From: Dimorphilus gyrociliatus
Taxonomy: Eukaryota > Animalia > Annelida
Length of the DNA stretch: 64,000 nt
Assembly (NCBI GenBank): GCA_904063045.1
Contig: CAJFCJ010000002.1
Coordinates: forward strand, 1,510,422 to 1,574,421
Direction: 5' to 3'
Shown: positions 43,496-55,788 of the stretch, in pieces
How positions within the stretch are numbered: the stretch's first letter is position 1
Layout: every line of letters starts with the position of its first letter
Translations under genes and position numbers: made by a program
The notes under the pieces: generated by a model
What the model was told of the DNA's origin: nothing
What the model saw: the letters and a program-made list of their open reading frames with translations, nothing else
Database searches by the model: none

Positions 43496-46486
43496 ATGTT
43501 AAACTTAGAAAAACGTTGTTTACGATGTATAGTTCATTATATTTTGGGATTTTCTCCAAATGATCTGCTTCGTCTTAAACTGAATAAAGAAAATTTAAAT
43601 TCTAGGTATAAATTGTTGTTCTTGAAAGATGTTAAACGCTCAATCCCTTTTGGAATTTATAACCAAGTTGTTCAGGAAATATTACACAATTATGACTTAT
43701 TTGTGACTGCTAAATTGCTCAAAGAGCTGATAAATCCATCCGTCCATTGTTTATACTTAACAAGTTTAATGCATTATGATACTGTTTACGAGAACAACGA
43801 TTATATTTTGGGTCCCTCAATTATTCACAATACCCTATCAGACTTTCAATATAATGGATTGAATTCTTACGAAGATGATTGTATGCTAAAAATTGAGATC
43901 GGTAAAATGCTATCAATGAATTCCTTCCTAACTCAACTTAAAATACAGGATGTCGATAATTTTGATATTGTTGAGGTATAATCTATAAAAATTTTTGCTA
44001 TAATTAATAAGCAATTGTTAATTAATTAATTTATCTCTTTCTGTATAGCTGTTATCGACCGGATTACCTTCATTGAAGGTTTTACATTTAATTCATATAA
44101 CAGAATTATACGATACCAGTTTTATTGAACTACTACAACTTCACGTAAGCATTTGTCAGATAGATATTATTTATATGATAAAGAATATAATGTCGTTAAT
44201 ATGCTCCTCTGTCGACAGGCATGCGGAAAATATGAAACTTTACAAACTCTTTTTGATATCGACTTAACTTATTGCACGAACGTTACAGATGTTACAATTG
44301 CCTGTATTATGATCCTCTTCTCAGACACTCTAAAATATTTAAATATGAGCTATACTACGGTATTTAAGAAGATAGTTCACTACTATACTTTCACATTTTT
44401 TTTTCTGTTTCCTCTTTTAAAGATGACACCTCTATCGGCTCTCTGTCTTTCGTCGATGTGCCCCAGTCTTTCCCAAATAACCCATTTTGTTACAGGTAAT
44501 TTTAAATTTTATAAACGAAATATCTTACTTTTCAATTAATTATATTTTGACAAACATTTTTACTTAAATACTAAGTATTTTCTCCTTTATCATATTAGAT
44601 TCGACTTGCAAACTAACAACACATTTATCTCCATTATACTCATTAATTCAACATTTTCCTGAAATGATCAACGAATTCGATAGTGTTATATTAGACACTT
44701 CAACAAGTTCTAGCGTTAAAAAGCAGCAAATGGATGATAACGCAACTTTACATTTGATTGATCTGGAAGATGATGGTGAAGGTGAAAATAATACCGTAGA
44801 TGTAAAGCTAAGTGGTACGTTACAAATTTAGGCCTTTGTTCTCAACCAAGAAAGAGTTTCTTCTTTCAGTGTACTTATATTAAATAATTTCCCTTTTGTT
44901 TCTCAGATAAAACTGCACTTAAAAAAAAGGATAATACGAAATCAAAAAGAGGTAAATTTATTTTATCAATGTACTGTACATATATATTTATATTTATATA
45001 TATATATACCTGCTGAAATATTTATAATCTTCATCCAAGAATTCTTTATTATTCATTAGAAAAGAAAGTTGAAAAACCCTGTTTAATTTCTATAAACCTT
45101 TCTTATCCTGCTGAGCAAATAATCCCAGAAGATGAATGCACCACAAATACAATTCATTCTTTACTCGATGAGCAAACAATTCGAAGTTGTTTAAGAGCTG
45201 GAATAATGGATAATTCGCGAACATTGCGCAAAATTTCTTTTCGCGGATGGGATTGTATTGATGAAGAAATTATTAGCACTATAGCTCATTATTGCCCTAA
45301 TCTGGAGAGTCTAGATCTAGTATGATAGTCTTTCTCTTTATAAAATATTTTCATCATCTAATTCTTTCTATTTATCATTCCAGTCGGGATGTTTAGAATT
45401 AAATGAAGAATGTGTTCATAATACGTCCAAGCTTTCCTACTTAGAACATCTAGGTTTGGGAGAAACACTGTCAACTTTGAATTGTTTACTTCCTGCAATA
45501 AAAAAATGTGGTGCCTTAAACAGTTTAAATTTAGATGGTGCTATTCTGAGTGACGATATCATAAAACTCTTATCTGAGTATCTGGCACATCAAGTAAGTT
45601 AGATATTTTTTTAACACACATTCTCTCTATGATAATTTATTTTCACGTAAAAAAAAAGATTGAAGTTCTAAGCCTTAAATGGGTTGAAGATATTAGTGGA
45701 AATGCTCTGGCCTATCTTATGGAAAAATGTGTCAACCTCACAAATTTTACAATTGCAAACGTCGCCTATGACTCAGAAATATGGATACGAGGATTTTCAA
45801 CTTGCCATCAGCTTAGAACCTTAGAATTGACTGGAACTGAAACAGGACTAAATAATGAGGTTTATCCTAACATGAAAAGTAATCCAATACATAGTCTATC
45901 ATACCCTTTTTCTAGGTGCTTTTTATGTTTAGTGAAAATTTCGATAATTTAACTGCTTTGAATATTAGCTGGAATTACAGTATGGATTGTTATAATTACT
46001 TATATAAAAAGTTTCTTTTTTACATTAAATCTCATTTTTTAATTTTATCCTAGCCATCTCTGATTCAGCTATTAAGGCTGTCTTGAACAATTGTACTCAA
46101 TTAGAAAATTTACAAGTTGAAGGTCTTAAGGCAATCACCAGCCAGCCTTTTAAACTATTGATCTCTGACTATGATAAGATAATAGAACTCGAGGTAAATA
46201 ATTTATTGCAGGTTGACAAACAAACAAAAAATAAGTTTATTTTTAGACTACTGATTGGAGATGGGACTTTCGATCGTCGTCATATGGGTCATCTCTAACA
46301 AATTTAGATTGTACTTATTGCGATCAAGTCGATGTTAGTTTTTAAATAGTCTCCTATCCATTAGCATTAACTTTATTCTTTCGTGTCTCGCAGGATCAAG
46401 ATTTGGAAAACATATATAAATTATCAAAAGGAACAATAACAATAAAAAATTACTATGCAGAAACTTTAAAATTCAACCCAGATTGA
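43496..46486 (+). CDS. Leucine-rich-repeat (RNI/FBXL-like) protein, multi-exon
   Basis: Repeats such as LKVLHLIHITEL, LFDIDLTYCTNVTDVTI, IAHYCPNLESLDL, CHQLRTLELTG, NNCTQLENLQVEGLKAIT. Exon structure only partly resolved. Confidence 0.72.
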
Positions 46487-46619
46487 GAATACCATCATCC
46501 TTTGAGTGTGTTTCTTTGTACCAATTATCTTATTTATTTAACTGAATTTTCAGTTCAAAAATTGTAAATATACCTGATTTTGTAATATCTGTACCAGTTT
46601 TAGTAGTAAAAATCACTTC

Positions 46620-47534
46620 TTAAACAATATTTGAAGTTGATTCTTCAATTTTAACATAAAAAGCAAAATTGATGAGGAGGTTACTAAAACAGAACAGGAA
46701 ATACAAAATAAGATAAAACAGAGTAATATCCGAGGAGCAAGCCTGAGACAAAATAAATACCAGAGACATGAAAATCCAAGGACTTCCTCTAATTAGACAT
46801 AAATTCAGTCTATTTTCTTGAGTTAGTGAATTGTTTGCATTCATGTTGTCACTAACTGAGAGTTTAGTTTTTGGGATTACTAAAAGCTGGTCGTATATAA
46901 TTGGAAAGAGACCGAAAGAGAGTAGGAATACAATAAAATAAATGGGAAGTACATATACTTTAATACAAATTCTGTTTGCAATTTCAACATTTACTGGAAA
47001 AATTATTGTGTAAATTGTAGTCAAAAACATAAAAATCGTTATTGCATAGAGAAATCTCTTTGGCAGTTGAAGATCTTTTTTGTTATCATATGTTATGTAT
47101 CTTATAGAAATTCTTAAAGTAGCAAGTAAGAACAGAACCAAAACAATTAGTAAAATACTGAAGAAGCTGCTCAAATTGCTCTTTATACAGGCAAATTTTG
47201 CATGATTGCTAGATTCGTAAAATAGGCCGTATATAGATCCCAAGACAATGCATAAACCATTCCATGAATCAATATATAGCGTTCTTTTCAACCAAGCTGA
47301 GTTATGTTTCAAGCGCATATACCAAGCGCTTATAAATAAACAAAAGACTGAAAGTAGTGTTAAAATCGAACATAGCTTTAATAAATCTGATCTATCCCAA
47401 AGCCAAATATTAAAATTCTCCCATAATTCATCTTTTGTAACAGTGTCGTAAGCCAGAGCCACGGGAAATTTATTTTGTGCAAACTCGGTTGTAAAAGAAA
47501 ATCTGTGGACTACGAGGCCTAACAGTCTCTCCAT
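46620..47534 (-). CDS. Orphan, highly divergent 7TM (class A GPCR-like) protein, single coding exon
   Basis: 304-aa ORF with 7 hydrophobic segments; Cys at top of TM3 (KFACI) and in ECL2 (RICIK); no DRY or NPxxY. Confidence 0.7.
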   Translation of the reverse strand: MERLLGLVVHRFSFTTEFAQNKFPVALAYDTVTKDELWENFNIWLWDRSDLLKLCSILTLLSVFCLFISAWYMRLKHNSAWLKRTLYIDSWNGLCIVLGSIYGLFYESSNHAKFACIKSNLSSFFSILLIVLVLFLLATLRISIRYITYDNKKDLQLPKRFLYAITIFMFLTTIYTIIFPVNVEIANRICIKVYVLPIYFIVFLLSFGLFPIIYDQLLVIPKTKLSVSDNMNANNSLTQENRLNLCLIRGSPWIFMSLVFILSQACSSDITLFYLILYFLFCFSNLLINFAFYVKIEESTSNIV

Positions 47535-48081
47535 TTCAAAATAGTAAAAAGTCTATAGGAAGAGTTCATTATAAGGATAAATGAAAGCAAGTAATCAATA
47601 TCCTACAAATTATTCGTGCTTCTTACCTTTGTATGCTTCTTTATATAACTATATTTCTCAGATATATCGGTACTAATTTCCACTGCAGATTATCAAGATG
47701 CAATATCGAAGGATGGACAGTAAATGAACACAAATAGCTTGAACATTTATAGTGTTTGCTTTATTCAACACTGGCCTACTGGACTACTCACCTGCGATCC
47801 GTCAGTTGACTATTTTATCGTATGCAGTATGTGGAATTTCTTCAAATCAAATATTTTAGAAATTTTTTTCTTTATATAGAACAGCTTCCTTCAGTAGCAA
47901 GAATTGATAAGTCAGACTCACGTGAAAGTTTATCATTAGTTTATATTCAAACACTTGGAAAAAGAGGAATTCTATGGGAATTCTTTGGGAAACACCTTGC
48001 ACTTTGCTATAGTTCGCCCCGGATGATTCACTACGTTATGATATTTAGCATTAAACCGTCTACTTATAAGTTCTCTTTCGA

Positions 48082-48993
48082 ATGAATTTTCGTCATTTAC
48101 AATTGTTTTCGGTGATGAAGAGTTTGTATAACGGCTCAATGACAGACGAAGATTACCAAAATTACATATCTGAGATAAATAGTTTGGAACTATGGACAAT
48201 TTTTCGAATCTGGCTCTTTAAAAGTGAAGAAATTTTTGGTATGATTGTTTTGATAGCAATTCTGTCAATTATAGTTTGCATACTCTACTTTAAATATTTT
48301 TGCAAAAAGGCATTTTATGCCACCTGTTGGACATCGTTTTGTTTACTTAGTACATCAGTATTTAGTATATTTGATTCGAGTCTTGATTGGGACGAATTTG
48401 CTTGTATCGAGTTAAATTTGAAACATGGAGTAGAAATTTGCACAACATTTGTGCTAGTATTGGCTCTGGGAATTTTCAAAGCAAGAGTCGAAATCACCTA
48501 TCTGTCATTTATCTCAGCTTTAACAACGATTCAGTTTATTTTGTCAACTTCTCTCTCTCCTGATTCAATACGTTGGAGGCAACCGGCAATCTGCTTTCCA
48601 TCTACAAATCTTCCATCATATTATGGAAAATTGTTATTAGTTGTTTATAGTTTTAGTTTTCTCATTCTTATCACAAAAGTTGGCCTAAAAGACGGTGTCA
48701 CGAATTCTCTGGAATCAAATGCTAGTGATAAAATAGGCAATGTAGAAGAAGGTGGGGAAATCCTAAAGACAGACGAATCCCAGATAAGAGAAGGAGGGAC
48801 GGATGTTTTTTGGATACATCTCTTTCTAGAATTGGTATTTTACTTGCCGTTTATTATACAATCTCTCGTTTTAGCATTGAAAGATATGGTAACTTTGACG
48901 AATATTTTACCACTTATCTTATTTTATAATATTGGAAATGTCACTTACTTTGTTTCGTATCGATTGATCCGAAAATGCTTGCAGTTAAAATAA
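48082..48993 (+). CDS. Orphan 7TM (class A GPCR-like) paralog of 46620-47534, single coding exon
   Basis: 303-aa ORF with 7 hydrophobic segments; EFACI; ECL2 AICFP; TM6 VFYLPF; shares an N-terminal ELWxxFxIWL motif with its neighbour. Confidence 0.7.
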   Translation: MNFRHLQLFSVMKSLYNGSMTDEDYQNYISEINSLELWTIFRIWLFKSEEIFGMIVLIAILSIIVCILYFKYFCKKAFYATCWTSFCLLSTSVFSIFDSSLDWDEFACIELNLKHGVEICTTFVLVLALGIFKARVEITYLSFISALTTIQFILSTSLSPDSIRWRQPAICFPSTNLPSYYGKLLLVVYSFSFLILITKVGLKDGVTNSLESNASDKIGNVEEGGEILKTDESQIREGGTDVFWIHLFLELVFYLPFIIQSLVLALKDMVTLTNILPLILFYNIGNVTYFVSYRLIRKCLQLK

Positions 48994-49099
48994 AAAACAA
49001 ACAGCACAAATGAGAAAGTGAGAACCAAAAAATAGTACTGTTTTGTTTTGAATATAATAGAATTGTTTGACAAATAAATCATTTTTAAGCAATATTTTT

Positions 49100-49861
49100 T
49101 TAAACTCTGTTTTCATCCCTATTCCTTAGGAAATTCAAATAGGGTTTTAGAGATGAGTTGTTCATTATTCTTTCGGTTAATTCTCCCCTTTCTACATCCT
49201 GTTTGTTCTTGGTTAATTCATTCGTAATCGACACGTTAAAGTCGATCGAACTGCTTTCATCTCCCCGGTCGTTTATAACGCTTCGCAAGGCCTATGTAAA
49301 CACGTTCAATATATAGCATATAGGCTTATAAAGCTAAATTTTATATAAGGTAAGCAATATAGGCCTACTTCTGTAACGGTTTTAACTTGTTTGTAATTCA
49401 ATCGATTATCCTCGCCCTCTTCTTCGTCGTATCCGCTTAAAACGTCATAGGACCATTCAAGTACTGTCTCGATATCCGCACAAGAAAAGGCGTTTAATGC
49501 GATCGCATACTGATGGAAATTAAATACAATTTTCTCTTCCTCGGATTCATTATTCCCCTTAACAATTGTAATGAAACTGTTGTTTAAAAGGAAAACTGAA
49601 AAATATAACGCCTTCTCTTTCCACATTTGAATAGCATAAAGATGATAATAAGATACTTTTATACCTCATCCAATTTGATAATGATGGAAAATAACGCCGG
49701 AACGTTTGACCGAAAGCGTCAAGTGGCATATAGCCATTATTCGAATTACTCAAGAATTCATTATATAGCTCTCGAATCTGTTCATCCTTAAAAACAGTTC
49801 TTTCTGTCAAGCTGTTGACAACCTCCTGCTGCAATCTAATCGTAGAATTCTTCGAACCCAT
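49100..49861 (-). CDS. Divergent neuronal calcium sensor (NCS-1/recoverin-like), 3 exons
   Basis: MGSKNS myristoylation start; VVNSLTERTVFKDEQIRELYNEFLSNSNNGYMPLDAFGQTFRRYFP resembles the NCS-1 N-terminus; LEWSYDVL resembles LRWAFKLY. Confidence 0.72.
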
Positions 49862-50482
49862 TTTAATGGATTAATAATATTCTTTAAAATTTCAAAATTA
49901 AGAGACGCTTCTGTCGAATAAGTAAGCTAAAATATTCTTCTATAAGCAAATTTCTCCTTTTTTCGCTCAAAAACGATAACGATAAGACAAGGTAAAATTA
50001 GCGATAAACTTAAAAGATAAATATAAAATGAAGTCATTATATTAATAACTGAAAAGTTAAAGAGATAACATGTAAAATATTTATTGGAAAAAAATATAAA
50101 CACAACATTTAACAACCCCTTGATTTTTTTTTTTTTTTTGTTAATTCTTCGACTTTTCCACGTTAAACCAAGACCCAATAGAAATAACATGAAAGCATCT
50201 TTACAAAGGGAAACTTTTATAATTTTTTTTGTCAAAAAATAGGTAAATATTTATTAACATCACAGCTGAGAAAGCTTGTCTTCTTATTTTTTTTTATATA
50301 TATATTTTTTTTATTGTTTTATCATTTTTTGGAACGGAAAATACACTTGTTTCACATTTATTATATAAGTATCTTCTCTCTTTTAATAGGCTTATGCGTG
50401 AATGCTTTCTGATTATTTTTTTTTAAGTATTTTTTTATGTTTTTTTCGGAGACGGACCTATTCTTTTCTCCATTTTCTTTAG

Positions 50483-50557
50483 TTTCTTCTTCTTCTTCTT
50501 CTTCTTTTTCTGCACCTTCTTCATCATCACCATCATCATCATCTTCTTCTTCTTCTT
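50483..50557. repeat. (TCT)n/(TCA)n trinucleotide tract
   Basis: Directly visible. Confidence 0.85.
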
Positions 50558-50780
50558 TTATTAAATACCAGTTTTTAAAAGAACAATAACACCAATAGTG
50601 AGTTTTTTTTTTTTTTTGTTATTACGACCTTGAGAAAGTAAATTTTTTTTTTGCCTTTTTTGTTTTTTAATAGCGAGGTTTAAAAGAACAACAAACAAGC
50701 CTACGGTCGGACGTAGATTGAAAAAAACATAGACATTTTCTTCTTTCTCCTCTCCTAATAATTTTGTACTTTTTAAATTA

Positions 50781-52068
50781 TTAATTGGAGTGTATAAGTA
50801 GTTGCTCCAATTCGTCGGCTGAACGGGCCAAAAAGGCTGCCGATTCTCTATAGCCTGCGATCAGCGTCTTAATTGTATTGATTTCCGTCGAATTCAACAC
50901 ATTCTTTCCACTACCAAGTTTCTTCATCGATAAATCTGCCGGTCCTGGAGGAGAGGAAACTGTAAAAGGACCAAAAATGGTAATATAAAAAAAACGCAAT
51001 AGAGAAATATATAGATGGTTAAGCTAAATTCTTATATGGTGGATATTGTATAACATTTTACCATTTTGAAGTGAGTGCAGTGGTGGGGCTAGACCAAGCG
51101 GGTGAACGCCGGCGTAGGCAGTAGGAAAGCCTGGTCTAAAGAACAGATTGCCATTCGTAAAAGAGAAGGGCGATGACAGTTCATGAGATCTGAACACGTT
51201 AGGTCGAGTCATATCGACACCGCTTATACCTTCTCTAGCCGGAGCTGGAGGAGATATACTTGCAACGGATTGGCTTCCTCCAGTTGATCCCAATGTTGCA
51301 TGCGACGGCTGATTAATCGTCTGATTAGCCTATTGAAATTTACAAAAATAAAAAGTAAAGTATAAGGAAAATACGCTAAAGTCATAGAGAATCGAAAAGT
51401 AAAAAAAAGGAAAGAAGAGAAGTAGAGAGCGGCAGTGAAAAGGAACAGGAAAGAAGAAAAGAGGAAAACAAAGGATACAAAAGGGGAACCTACAGGCACG
51501 GGATCTAATCCCATACGCATTCTCTTCGCGTTATTCGCCTCGTTCTCGCAGGCTTGCGCTAATAGGCCTTCAGCGGCAGCTGATGTCAAGTGCGGAGGCG
51601 TCGGACGCATCTGGACGTATAAAAGGAAATTAGACAACGTCTTCCTTACTCCTCTCCCCATGATATTACCGATTCCCAGCCATTTTCTTTTGTTCTCTTC
51701 ATTCTTCGGCAACTTTTCAAGTAAGTCCGAATTCTCTTTCTGGCTCGTTCGTGAAATTCTGGAAACTGTCGATCACAAGCCTCGAGAATAGCTTGTACCT
51801 TATCCTTTGGCTGTTTCGATATCGGAACAGATCTATCCAGATTCTCGTCCACAAACAATCTAACAAACATCTGAAAGGAAATAAAAAGAGTACATTTTGC
51901 ACTGTTGAGGTTACATCAAACTGAAGCTTATTCAACTTTCTTAATATTAAGAGCGCAGTACCTCGATAATTTTATATACAACTTTACAAACAATTCAGTA
52001 ACTTATGGATTATCTTAAAGCTTATGTTTTTTAATAAACAAATATATGTATATACAGTATATATATTA

Positions 52069-52100
<32 letters not shown>

Positions 52101-52422
52101 CGTTAAAGGCCTTTAATCTCTCAGGATCGAAACCGGACGAGGCTAACTTCTCTTCATCTTCCTCTTCATTCTCTTCTTCGTCATCTTTTAAATCTTCGCC
52201 TGTTGTTTCACTGGTTTTTGAGCTCTATTAAGGAATAATAAATAATGGTTAAATGGTAATGAGAAAATAATAATCAGATAATGAGATAAACGAAGCTCAC
52301 GTCCATACTCAGCTCATCGCTTGCTCTTCTCTTCCTTTCTAATATCGAGGCTACCGACAATTTCTTTACCATACCGTCCGTTTCCGTACCGTTTTTATCG
52401 GGCGTTGGCGTCCTACAGGGCC
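50781..52422 (-). CDS. Nucleolar protein 4 (NOL4/NOL4L)-like, resolved 3' exons; 5' end uncertain
   Basis: [10 protein letters not shown]|[59 protein letters not shown]; [11 protein letters not shown]; C-terminal [22 protein letters not shown]. Confidence 0.88.
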
Positions 52423-52936
52423 CTGCAAGTTATTAGGCTTAAATTTATTTCCAACCATCTAGTGACGTGGAACAGGCGGGTATATATTTTTTCGTTTCTA
52501 TTTATCGGCGTTCCTTAAATTCGCGTTTCCTAGAACAACCGATAAACAAATTGGTGTCATTGACTAGCTACCGGGTGCCGAATATTATCTTGTAATTGCG
52601 TTAGCGTCTAAATGAAACACTAATAAAGAATAAAAACGATAAATAAAACAGTAAAAAGGAAAACGACTTAACGCTATAGCGTGACGTCGACGACCGAAAT
52701 GAGTTTGAGGTTGAAGGTCACGACGCTATTCATTCTCCTGGTCGATATACGTAGACACAGTTACACCTATGAATATGAATATTCCTACGCAGACAGTATA
52801 CTTATGCACAAGCGCTTTTATTCTTACATTTACAGAACAGCAGACAAACTGTACACACTGTATTAAACCATTCTGTACATTGTTTAGAATTTCCTTTCAG
52901 AGACGTACGCTGTGTATCTTTATATTACTGCATATA

Positions 52937-52970
52937 GTATATATATATATATATATATATACAGTATATA
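52937..52970. repeat. (TA)n microsatellite with embedded TACAGTA
   Basis: Directly visible; similar tracts at ~6590-6610, 52073-52100, 54400-54424, 55757-55865 and 56119-56141. Confidence 0.9.
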
Positions 52971-55752
52971 TATGTGTGTATGTGTGTGTATATATTTCGA
53001 ATTCGTTTATCGTATAGACAGTATAAAGGACTACAAACAAATTTTGAATACATATATATATAGTATATATATTGCAAACTATATATATTTTAGTATATTT
53101 ATACATTTTTCTATAAAAATTTATATATACATGTACATACACGACGCCCAGGTAAATATTGCGGCCGTTATCTCTTTTTTTTTCCGGGCCGTTGTTTGCC
53201 AAAGACATAAGGCAAAGGCGGCGTCGTTCGATTATCTAGACGCTCGTCTCGGAACCCACGTTCGCGTTCATTCTACACCGATTATCGACGCAAAAACGTG
53301 TTTGTCCGTCGATAAGTTTTTGCGGTCTATAAACTGGAACCGAAGCGTCACGATTCTGAGATCGAGCTTTGCAGGTGAAATTCAAGTAATGAAATGCTAT
53401 ATTGCTGTGCGTGTGTACCGTTTGACAAACTGACCGCAACGCTTCTGCTCGTCTTACGTTTTTAATTAATTAGCCCAATAGCCGCTTGCTACTTCGGCCG
53501 TTTTGTGGCGTTGAAAAAACTTTTATTTGTTTCTACTAATCGCTCATCAACCTTCTACACCTTTCTTTTCCAGCTTAAACGCACGGGCCTATATACAAAT
53601 ACCCGAATGCCCCCATGAACACGCTGCACCTGGCGCATTGTCATGACAACCTTCAATATCCCGCATCCACATATACTCCGTCTTCTTTATACGATATATA
53701 AAATTTTAACGAACCCGACTTTCGTACTGGAAATTTTTTGCAGTCCATTTCTCCACTTTCAATTGCCGCCATTTCTTTTCTGTATAGCATAGATAAAAAA
53801 TTTCACGATGAAATAAAAACACTTTTTTAATTACGTACATACTCCAATAAAACAAAACGATATATACATCTAACTTTCCTTTACATTATGTCCGCTACGG
53901 ATTATTTAAAGTGAATAGCATATAATTAGAGCGGTTACTACATCACGCAAATACCCGTAACGGAAGTTTTCTGTCGCCTCTATATACACATATATAGTTT
54001 AAATATATTTATACACGACGATATACATACTCTACTGCGGTATAGTGTAATTTTTTCTTTTTTCCTTAGAGAAAATAAGAAATTCGAAACAAACTACGCA
54101 TTCTACGTCATGCTGACAAAGAAATTATACCGATATACGCCTAAAAAAAATTTTGCAGCGCCTATTAATGAAACAGGTAAACTGCAACGGCTGCAAACAC
54201 ACCGGCTAAAATCGTGACAACCGCTCCCGCTATTATTCTCCTATACGCCTGCCGCATATATTGTGGAGAATACATACATATATACAGTATGTATTGCATA
54301 TATGATGTACAGTAACCACAAATATATGAATGTACAAAATACAGTATGCACGTTTTTCCTCAAGATAAAAATAGCAAATTTATCTTTCCACGTATATAGA
54401 ATATATATATATATATATATATACAAGAACTAATTTTTAAAGCTTCTATAGCTGAATATCAGTAAGAGAGGTGTATATTCTAAACGCACACGTTGAATTT
54501 TTAAGATGGATGATTAAATGAGATCCTATATAAAATATATATCAAGTTATACAGTATATATATATATATATATAGTTATATACAAAATGGCATTGAACTG
54601 CAACGTATTATAAAATATAAAATTTACGTATATTCCTTTTCTTCGTAGAGCAGCACGTATTAATATAACGACAAATATTCTAAACTGAAGAATTCAAAAT
54701 TTAGTTCCCACTCTATCTTTCATCCAATATGTCACTTTTACACTTGAATTCACACTTACATAGAAATATAGAAATACATTCGGCATATACATCTGTCATG
54801 CACTTCAAAAGGTAGACACTTCTCGTAGTAAGACTTAGACGTGTATATATATACATGAATAAAATTTTTCTTAAATACTTTATCTACGTATTATTATATA
54901 AATATATATCATTATATAATTCTCTACTATACATTTTTCTTTTCAGAATTCTCCTTCTGCTAGCTGTATAAACTGACAATACAGTTTTGCAGTTGCGTAG
55001 CCTTGAATTAGTCCGCTGCACCGCCTCTTTCTTCACTGTCAAACTGATGAAGTTTGATGGGGTATTTTTTTAAGCCTATACACATTGATACGTTGCGAGA
55101 GACGCTGTAAGAGAAATGAAACGCCTCGATGTATACTCACGTGAGAAGAGATAGCCGCGCGCGAAGAAGGCGCAGAGGTAAAGGCGTCTAAAAAGCAGAG
55201 ACGCTAGACGCTATTGACGCGTGTACCCCTCCCAGGCTTGGTGCTTAGCAACAGCTTGCCAAACTTACCTGGCGCCTGCAACACCTCATGATAAATTAAG
55301 CACCTTTACTCTCTCCATCTACAAGGCGTCTCTTTTTTCGGGGCGTCGATCGATAGGAGAAGACGGCTGGCGTCCCGCTCTCGTTAGGTGGGGTCTGCAG
55401 ATGACACCTGCGCCGTTTCCAATTCACCTGCCACGTTTTTTTTTATTGAACGGTGCAGCGGCGTTCGTCGGTAAATTTTGTATTGAATTTTCTAGTTTGT
55501 CACCGCGTTTATCGTGCTTGGCGATAATGGCACGCCAAATAATTCATAAATACAGATATAGTCATATATATATATATATATAAATTTATATATGTACATG
55601 AAATACATAGCGTTATACAAGAAACATATAAGAAGCTGTATATTAAGATATTTACTATCTATGTATTTTTTCTCTACATTTATCCCAGTCATTCACATTC
55701 ACCAGACGGACACACACAGATATACATACACATACCTATTTAAATACATACA

Positions 55753-55788
<36 letters not shown>

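Noticed and set aside
55262-55280. ACTTACCTGGCG resembling the U1 snRNA 5' end
   Set aside because: No U1 stem-loop I (GATCACGAAG) or Sm site follows. It is simply the reverse complement of a strong minus-strand splice donor.
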